Shown here in pieces: positions 53,805 to 64,000 of a stretch of DNA of 64,000 bases; the stretch's first letter is position 1; every line of letters begins with the position of its first letter. Source of the DNA: Candidatus Latescibacterota bacterium (lineage in GTDB: Bacteria > Latescibacterota > UBA2968 > SICM01); contig CBDCJO010000002.1 of the NCBI GenBank assembly GCA_965217865.1, forward strand, positions 640,001 through 704,000, given 5' to 3'. A model generated the notes under the pieces. The model searched no databases and was not told the DNA's origin. It was given only the letters and a program-made list of their open reading frames with translations. Made by a program: the position numbers and the translations under genes.

Positions 53805-54881
53805 TTGCTAAATACCCTACAGGCCAGGCCTGTCGTTGAGACCGATCTTAACGGGAATATCACTTACCTCAATCCCTTAGCAAGGGAGCGATTTCACGAT
53901 CTGGAGGAAGCCGGCCTTCAGCATCCATTGCTCGAAGGGTTCGGGTCGATCGTAAGCGAGCTTAAGGGCGATGGGGCAGAATCCATCGTTCGAGAGATTG
54001 AGATTGGAGACTCCGTTTACGACCAAAAAGTAACCTATATCTCCGAGAGCGGCAGCGTGCGTATATTCGCACATGACATCACCGAACGCAAACGGGCCGA
54101 GGAAGCCGCAGAGGCCGCCATTCGTGCAAAGAACGAATTTCTGGAGAAGGAACTCCAGATGGCCCACGATATGCAGATGGGGCTTTTGCCCACGCGGCCG
54201 ATTCGAGGTGAGCGGTTCGAGATCGCCGGCCGGTGCGTTCCGGCCAGCCACGTGGGTGGAGACTATTTCAATTACTTCTGGCTGGACGAAGCGAAGCGGT
54301 ACCTGGGGTTTGGCGTGGCCGATGTGTCGGGCAAGGCGATGTCGGCGGCGGTGCGAGCGATGCAATTGAGCGGGATCTTCCGGTATGAATTCCGGGAGGC
54401 ACGGCCGCTGCGGGAGGTGTTACAGGGCTTGCATGGCGTGCTGCAGGAGGAGCTTCCCCCGACCAGCTTTGTCACCTGCTGTCTGGGGACGCTGGACGTG
54501 CAAGAGGGGGTTGTGCAGTTGGCCAACGCCGCCCATCCCTTCCCCTATCACTACTCGGCAGCGAAGGGAGTGCTGGAGGCCTTGCAGATGCCCTCCCTGC
54601 CGCTGGGTATCCGGCTGCCGCCGGGCAGCCCGGGGGGCTTTGCGAAGGTCGAGGTCGAGATGGGGGCTGGGGATTTTCTGGTGCTCTATAGCGATGGGGT
54701 GACGGATATGCAGGACGAGACCGGGGGGTTCTACGATGCGGGGAGGTTGGAAGCCATGAACCGGAAGTGTGCGGATGTGGATGCCGAAGTGCTGGTGGAG
54801 GCCGTGTTGGAAGACCTGAACCGGTTTAGGGGGACGGAGGCGCAGAAGGACGACGTCACCCTCCTGGTGCTTCGGGCGTAG
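53805..54881 (+). pseudogene. PAS plus PP2C/SpoIIE (RsbU-like) phosphatase, probably 5'-truncated
   Basis: PAS end HDITERK, then VGGDYF, ADVSGKA, LYSDGV, DDVT. Confidence 0.82.
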
Positions 54882-55056
54882 CTCGAGGGGGAGCTGTCGA
54901 ATTTCTGAGTAGGGGGGAGGATCTCCAATATTTCGTGAGCTTCCCAAGATATCGGGAATCTGTTTTGTCCTTCCCAGAATCTGCAAAAGCCTTTCAGTTT
55001 ATTTAACTTCAATATATTTAACCATTTGGGATATTTCTCAAATGGTTTTTTGTTTT

Positions 55057-55071
55057 TGGTATAGGGCTTGC
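55057..55071 (+). promoter_or_regulatory. sigma54-like promoter
   Basis: TGGTAT-AGGGC-TTGC. Confidence 0.45.
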
Positions 55072-55074
55072 GAT

Positions 55075-55305
55075 ATGGACGGGATCGAAGTCCTGGGGAG
55101 GAGGATGGGTCTGAACGCCAAATTGCCGGTGATCATCTATTCTGCCAATGAAAGCTTCAAGGATAACTTTATGACCTGGGTGGCCGACTCCTATGTGGTC
55201 AAGAATTCGAATCTGGATGTGTTGAAGGAGGAAATCGAGCGGGTGCTGCTGGAGCGGAAGGGGGGAGGGTGCCGAATCTGGCCGGACGGTATGGGAGTCA
55301 CATAG
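55075..55305 (+). pseudogene. Response regulator, C-terminal half
   Basis: MDGIEVL...LPVIIYSA...ADSYVVK. Confidence 0.7.
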
Positions 55306-55411
55306 CTGGCCGCCTAAAGGATGGGAACGATAGAGAAGGTTATCTTCCTCAATTGAGAGCTTTTTTCACTTCAGGGTTTTCCCTCAGTCAGGAATTCCGG
55401 CCTTTCCCTTG

Positions 55412-55427
55412 CGGCATCGCGTTTGCA
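55412..55427 (+). promoter_or_regulatory. sigma54 promoter
   Basis: CGGCATCGCGTTTGCA (GG-N10-GC). Confidence 0.6.
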
Positions 55428-55437
55428 TCTGTATAGC

Positions 55438-55510
55438 AGTTCGGACGCCAACGGCAACCCCGCGCTCATCCCAACGAACGCAAAGACTCTGTCTAGGGGT
55501 CCTTTTTTTT
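55438..55510 (+). ncRNA. Candidate sigma54-dependent sRNA of about 70 nt
   Basis: Bounded by the sigma54 promoter and a hairpin followed by T8. No ORF. Confidence 0.4.
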
Positions 55511-55788
55511 GGCCGGTTATTCACATCGCAGAGGATAGACCAATGCCCGGAGGCCAGCGGGACAGAAAGGTAGACAGCTCGGGCCCTGCAGGATGGGTAG
55601 GAGCGGGAAGTGCGACAGGCAGAGGGCGAACCATCCTGCAGCGTGGGGTTCCCCCTCTCGATTTCGGTTGACTTGCGGTAACGTACCGAGGTACATTTGA
55701 GTCGTAGTACATGTCTTGATTGAAGCGTCCTCCTTGGGAGGGGCTCAATGAACGCCGGGGCAAATAGCGATTGTGAATAACGGTGACC

Positions 55789-55818
55789 AGCCGCATCTGA
55801 ATAGGTGCGGTTTTTTTT
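55789..55818 (+). terminator. Intrinsic terminator
   Basis: gccgcatct-gaat-aggtgcggt followed by a T tract. Confidence 0.72.
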
Positions 55819-56411
55819 GGTTGTATACGAGAGAGTCGAACCGGCGGCCGTCAACTGGGCGGAAGTCATTCAGGCCCTGGTCAACGGACCCGCTGGCAGA
55901 AAGCGATAAGGAACATCGGCTATGAGGGGATTTTCGAAAACGACCGTGATGGCATTCATATTTGTGACGTTTGTTGCACCTGCCTGTTCTCAGGAGACTG
56001 TTAGGTGCCAATGCTTATGGGAAACCCATTCAGATTTTTTATTGAACTGATACAGCAGTCGGTCTGGATTCCTGTCTGGGTGCTGATTCTCATGGTTGTC
56101 AATGTTGCGAGTGTTGGATTCTGGAATGAGTCTTTGGCGAAAGTGATCTTTGCAGCCTTCATTTAAGGGCCTGTTGTTTGAGAGGAAGGTTATGGACATG
56201 GAATTTTGATATGCGGGAAATCGAAGGGTTTTCTCGAAACGAAAGGAGGTCAGGATTGAAAGCCGGATTTTCGGCAATTCTTGTTTCGCTTGGAATCCTG
56301 GTCGCACTGATGGCCCTCTCGTGAAATATTCTGGGAGGGTTCTGGTTTCCAGAATTTGAATTATCATCTAGCATCTTCGGATGCTCTGTTCACCTAAGCG
56401 TGGAGGTTTTG

Positions 56412-57047
56412 ATGTTTTCCAGGATGATGTACCGAATGAGCATGGGGGCCCTTGCCCTCCTATTTCTGGCAGGAACCGGCTATTCGGAGACCTTCCAGAT
56501 CGATCCTGTACACTCCTCGGTCGGATTCTCCGTCCGGCATATCTTCAGCCGGGTTCCGGGAACGTTCACCAATTTTTCCGGGACTGTCGTATACGATCCC
56601 GATCGCCCGGAAAAATCATCCGTTAATGCCGTCATTCAGTCCGCCAGCGTGAATACCGAAAACGGGAGGCGCGACAATCATCTCCGCAGCCCGGATTTCT
56701 TCGATGTGGAGAAATTTCCGGAGATCACCTTCACGAGCACAGCTGTGAAAATGGAAGAAGATCGGTTGATGGTCACTGGAGACCTGACGATGCACGGGGT
56801 CACCAAAAGCGTGGAGATGCCCGTGGAGGTCCTGGGTGTCGGCCCACATCCTGTGTCGAAGGCACCTGTAGCCGGGTTTGCTGCCGACCTGGAGATAAAA
56901 AGGTCGGACTTCGGCGTCAACAGCTGGACGGATCCTGCCGGGGTCGTGGGGGATGAGGTCAGGATTGTCCTGAATATCGAAGCCGCCGGGAAGGCCATGT
57001 GGAATCCGTGTAACCCCTGCAATCCCTGCGGAGGAAACAATCCGTGC
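56412..57047 (+). CDS. YceI-family secreted protein with an NPC-repeat tail, cut by IS3
   Basis: Signal peptide, IDPVHSSVGFSVRH, RDNHLRSPDFFDVEKFP, GDLTMHGVTK, tail NPCNPCNPCGGNNPC. Confidence 0.88.
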
Positions 57048-57364
57048 ACTCAGATAGGGGAAACCAGTTCACCAGTGAGCCCCTGAGAGCCGAGCTGGAC
57101 AAAAACGGCTTCCGATCCAGCATGGCAAGAAAGGGAAATTGTTATGACAATGCCGTTGTTGAATCCTTCTTTGCAAGGCTCAAGACAGAGGAAGTCGACG
57201 GAATGATCTATCCAGATCGAGAGCAAGCCGCGTTGGCGTTGTTCGAATACATCGAAGGATTTTACAACAGGATACGCAGGCACTCCTATATTAACCAGAT
57301 GAGCCCAGATGACTTCGAACAGAAATTCACTTAACTCTGTGTCTACTATACCTGGGCAATATCA
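57047..57364 (+). mobile_element. IS3-family 3' fragment
   Basis: HSDRGNQF, GNCYDNAVVESFF, FYNRIRRHS. Right IR ends in CA. Confidence 0.88.
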
Positions 57365-57476
57365 GTTGCGCAGGGAACCCAGGGTGGCCGCCGGGGTAGA
57401 AGAACAGTCGCAGCCCGGTTCCCTGGACGACGAATTCGCTGCAGGGCAGCTCAGGATCCAGCTTGAAATTTCCACA

Positions 57477-60113
<2,637 letters not shown>

Positions 60114-60189
60114 CAGGCCGGCCAGGGATGATGCCAAGTCTGCATAATAACCAAGCCTCCCGGTTAAGAATCTGTAAGGAATTTCCATT

Positions 60190-60964
60190 TTGAGGCCTTG
60201 GTACCCCCTATACTCTCTTTATCTTCCCTGCTCGTATCAGGAGAGAGGAGATATGGCCGCCAAGACCACATTGGGCACGTTCTGGCATATGCCGGACGAT
60301 CTGTGGGCGTTGATCGCTCCGGTTGTAGGCCCGGGGAAAGCGGCCGGGACCGTTGGGCGTCCGCCTCGCCCTTTTCGGCAAATCTTTGACGGGATCCTGT
60401 ATGTGCTGTGCACGGGCTGCCAGTGGCACGCCCTTCCACGCAGGGTGTATGGACCCCGCCTCCACTGTGCACGCTCGTTTCACCCAGTGGGTGCGATCCG
60501 GATGTTCTACGAAGCCTGGCAACGGGTGCTGGCCTACTCCGACGGAGCCATTGGTATCGACTGGAAGTGGCAAGCCCTCGACGGGGTGATCACCAAGGCA
60601 CCCTTGGGCGGGGACGCCATCGGCCCAAACCCTGTAGACTAGGGGAAACGAGGTGCCAAACGCAGTGTGCTGACGGACCGACGGGGTGCTCCCTTGTCGA
60701 TCGTGGTGACGCCAGCAAACACGCACGGACAAGACCGTAGCCTTGAAAACCCTGGATGGCATTCGTTGAACGGCCTGCAAAGGTAATATATCGTCTGCAT
60801 CACCTGTGCCTGGACAAAGGATATGACTACGAGGTGTGATCGCCGGAGTCCTGGAGCGAGATTTCATCTTGCACGGCAGAAGACGCCAACAGACACCCGC
60901 TACCATCCTCATCATCTTTCGCTTGTCCATTTCGCACCCGTGATCTATTTCCGTACAGGCTCTT
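60190..60964 (+). mobile_element. Degenerate IS5-family element (boundaries approximate)
   Basis: FDGILYVLCTGCQWHALP and GPNPVD*GKRGAKRSVLTD, with stops and frameshifts. Confidence 0.78.
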
Positions 60965-61146
60965 ACTGCAAATCCAAAATTTCGCTCAGTTTCTATTTCA
61001 GCTCGCTCCACTTCAAAATATTCCGGACCTTTTACGTCATGCGATACATGAACCGTTGCTGTGTATTCGACATCTTGATCAACTGTCTTGTCTATTGTGG
61101 ACAAAGTTATCAGAACCTTGTCTTCGCTATCGTATACTGCGGTGTC

Positions 61147-61342
61147 TAGATCGTCGTGCGTCAGCCTTTTCTTGCAGGTCGATCCATTCGTCAAGGTCCG
61201 AGGGTTTGAACCTTCATGCGCCGACTGCCTTGAAGCCTGGCAGTCTACCACGCCGGGCCAAGCGATATACCGTCTTCTCATTGACGTTCAGGTACCTTGC
61301 TACGTCCCGGACGGTCATTGCTTGGGTCGATACGTCTGCCAT
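61147..61342 (-). pseudogene. Excisionase-like HTH_17 protein with an internal stop
   Basis: MTVRDVARYLNVNEKTVYRLARRGRLPGFK.VGA*RFK..DLDEWI. Confidence 0.75.
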
Positions 61343-62194
61343 GATGGAGTCCTCTTTGTAGTCGACAAATATAGCAAGGAATGACCGTTTAAACCAGTCC
61401 AAATTTGGGCAGGCCAGATACAGGGCGCGTCGGGAGAGTCCCTCTGGGGCCCTCAGGTTATGGTACCTTGAGCCTTCCATCCGGCATGGGCCGTTACTCC
61501 GGCCAGCAGCCGGATACGAGCCGGCGCCGCCTGATGTGAGTCGTCTCGACCCGTGTAGACCCAGGTGATTTCACAGGCACCGTTCGCCACAGCAGATACC
61601 GGCACGCGGTGGTGTAAAGGCTGCGGTCGCCCGAGCAGACCCCTCCAACCGGTCGATGGCGGGGGGGCCGGTCAGGGGGGCTCCAATGGAGAGCAGTTCC
61701 CCGCACACGGCGCACCAGGCGCCCGCTGTAGCGCTTTCGGGGACCGGTTGGGAGCACAGGAGACCAACCCTGGTCGGAAAGGCGCGCCTTTATGGACATG
61801 CGTCAGGGACCCGGTGTCTGAACACCACCGTGTTCATGGCGGGAACGGGCAACTCGCGCCAGCCGCGTTCCTCGCCAGGACGGCATCCGGAGGCCGGGAC
61901 CGGCAACGGGAAACGCCCGGACAGTACGTGTGTCCACATAATCGAGACCGGCGCCGCATCGTCCGCCTCAAGGCGCCGGAAGGAAGTTCCGGCCCGACCC
62001 TGGACTGCACAGTGAGCCGCCATAGGGATCCGATGCTGGCGGTGGACATGGTATTCGAACGGTCTGTTCCCCGTGAGCACGAGCCCGGTTACGGACCGAC
62101 CTTTTCCATCCATAAAGACGATGCTGTGGGGAGGCCACTTGTGGTCCAGAGGATATTCATAGACACACCTCCCATACTTACAAAGTATACTCCT

Positions 62195-62390
62195 TGGTGT
62201 CCACTGAACCCCGGTTCGAACCAGGCCGCGGCTTTTGCAAGGATCTCCCGCTCCTGTCGCAACTGACAATTCTCGCGGCGCAGTCGTCTGATCTCCTCCC
62301 GCTCCTCGATGGTCAGACCGTCACTGCGGCGGCCCTTATCCGGATCGACCTGCCGCATCCGGTTCCGGATCGCCTGGGCCGACGGATCGC
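62195..62390 (-). mobile_element. IS3-family orfA fragment and IR remnant
   Basis: GLTIEEREEIRRLRRENCQLRQEREILAKAAAWF. Confidence 0.75.
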
Positions 62391-62400
62391 CATCCACCCC

Positions 62401-63375
62401 TTAGAAGTGGGACTTCAGGTTCACGCTGACCCCGAACATTTCGATATCGCTGGTCTTGATTCTGCCCGACACGGGTTCACTTCCGTCGCGTCGCAGATTG
62501 GGAACGTGACCCCGTAGCGGATCCCAGGCAAACCCGCCATCACTGAAGAAACCGAAGTCGACCCAGCGGCCCTTCACACCAAGAGACATCGATTCCGTCA
62601 GCGCGTAGTCAACACCAAATAGCACCTGATAGCCAACGGGCGTGTCGCTGAGTTCGGTTTCTGCGACGCTGGCGGTTCCAGCCAGATTCTGGCGGATCTC
62701 GGATGCGTTAGGTAGACCGTCGCCCGTGGCGATCTCGTTCATATCGAAGTTCCTCGCCCAGAGACCCCCATAGTCCATGTCGGTGAAACCGATCCCGCTA
62801 CCGAACCCGAGATAGGGTGTGAAGCGGCTGTTGTTGACGAAGTCGAAATACAGATTTCCGAACAAGCTATGCGCGGTGATGCTCCCGATCCAGTCCTGCG
62901 CTGTCACAATTTCTTGAACGAGCTTGTCGCCGCTCTCGCCCGATGCACTGGGGACATTGGACCTCTGATCATACGCCGCGTTCCGGTAGAAGTACTCCAA
63001 CTCCAGACGGAGCCGCCCCAGAACGTGGCCCGGGTATCTCTCCCGGAAGCCATATCCCACCGCCGCTCTGGCCAGAACGCCCCGGGCCCCGTCGAAATTG
63101 TTCGTCCAGTCTCCAGTCGACCCCCGATCCGGGCCCGTGCAGTTATAGCCCTCGTATCCTGAAATTGTCGTGACCATCGCGTACATTGGATTGATAAACT
63201 CATCGCACACGCTGGCCCGATCGTTGCTGCTTCCGGTGATATTCAGTGACGAGGCGCCCTGAACTCCCAATTCGCTGCTCAGATAAAACCCCGAGCCCGT
63301 CTGGGCCTGCGCCAGGCGCGGTACACACGCCCACGTTGCGATGACACCCATGAACAATAAAACAGTACGGTTCAT
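62401..63375 (-). CDS. Outer-membrane beta-barrel (opacity/OmpA-like)
   Basis: Signal peptide, RLELEY, NLYFDF..SRFTPYLGFG, YQVLFGVDY, terminal Phe. Confidence 0.8.
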   Translation of the reverse strand: MNRTVLLFMGVIATWACVPRLAQAQTGSGFYLSSELGVQGASSLNITGSSNDRASVCDEFINPMYAMVTTISGYEGYNCTGPDRGSTGDWTNNFDGARGVLARAAVGYGFRERYPGHVLGRLRLELEYFYRNAAYDQRSNVPSASGESGDKLVQEIVTAQDWIGSITAHSLFGNLYFDFVNNSRFTPYLGFGSGIGFTDMDYGGLWARNFDMNEIATGDGLPNASEIRQNLAGTASVAETELSDTPVGYQVLFGVDYALTESMSLGVKGRWVDFGFFSDGGFAWDPLRGHVPNLRRDGSEPVSGRIKTSDIEMFGVSVNLKSHF

Positions 63376-63584
63376 ATGTCCTCCTCGATCCAGTATGCAT
63401 TTTCGGTGCTGGCCCCTCAACACATCGGGCTGGGAAATTGAATCGTTGTGGGGACGGCTACAGCACTACCATAGTGTAGCGCTAATTGAGGCAACAGCCC
63501 CACATATCATCCTGGAGAAGGTTGGTATTTCCATTGCATCACCTCCTATCGTTTTTAGGCTCCGTGGCTGTATCAAGTATATAA

Positions 63585-64000
63585 TTACCGAACTTTATGC
63601 CCCTCCCGGTATGGGACCATCTGTCCCGATTTCAGCCGCCCCCAGTACTCGTTCAGAGTCGCCTTGACCTGCGGACTCAGTATCACGACCCCGATAATAT
63701 TCGGGAAGGCCATGCCGAGGATCATCATATCCGAAAAGTCCAGCACATTTCTCAAGGTGGTGACCGATCCGATAAAGACGAAGCAGACAAAGATGATCCG
63801 AAAGACAAGGATGGATTTGGCCCCAAAGAGATATTCCCACGCCCGTTCCCCGTAGTAGGACCAGGAGATCATCGTTGAGTAAGCAAAGAGCATGACGGCC
63901 AGCGAAAGGACGTAGCGGGAACCGGGTATGGACGACTCGAAGGCCGCGGCCGTCATCCTGGCCCCCACGACGAAATCGCCCTGACCCTGGAACTGCGGGT
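63585..64000 (-). CDS. Alanine/glycine:cation symporter, 3' part
   Basis: LFAYSTMISWSYYGE, FSD.M...MAFPNIIG. Confidence 0.9.
   Translation of the reverse strand, partial: PQFQGQGDFVVGARMTAAAFESSIPGSRYVLSLAVMLFAYSTMISWSYYGERAWEYLFGAKSILVFRIIFVCFVFIGSVTTLRNVLDFSDMMILGMAFPNIIGVVILSPQVKATLNEYWGRLKSGQMVPYREGHKVR

Noticed and set aside
55450-55500. c-di-GMP-I riboswitch (GGCAAC...ACGCAAAG...GTCTA)
   Set aside because: No paired P2 stem with a GNRA loop and no P3 receptor or closing helix.

Overview
A 64-kb bacterial accessory region of mixed GC content that is heavily rearranged and rich in IS elements. Many genes are cleanly truncated or frameshifted, and I found no rRNA, tRNA or CRISPR array. 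Main points: (1) An apparently intact ECF sigma factor fused to a phenylalanyl-tRNA synthetase alpha-type catalytic domain (39221-40471), with a candidate autoregulatory ECF promoter; it may be a one-component sigma factor sensing an amino acid or aminoacyl-adenylate. (2) An ArsR-DUF2087 gene split by a 23.2-kb insert bounded by two matching non-autonomous IS1595-family elements. The outer flanks share one 8-bp duplication (TTAAGATT) and the inner flanks share another (TTTCCTAT), the signature of an integrated circle. It carries many drug-modifying-type genes (AadK, APH-like kinase, MccF-like S66 peptidase, GNAT, methyltransferases, MATE). (3) An intact IS1595 (8-bp TSD) carrying a DNA methyltransferase-HNH fusion as passenger. 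(4) Three full copies and one partial copy of an IS1182-like element, an IS630, an IS630-type MITE containing a REP-like unit, and IS3/IS5 fragments. (5) A broken rSAM/SPASM plus S8 peptidase (RiPP-like) locus at the left edge, defence-island remnants, several TA modules, sigma54 promoters and candidate small RNAs. All family assignments come from recognising motifs by eye, not from database searches.
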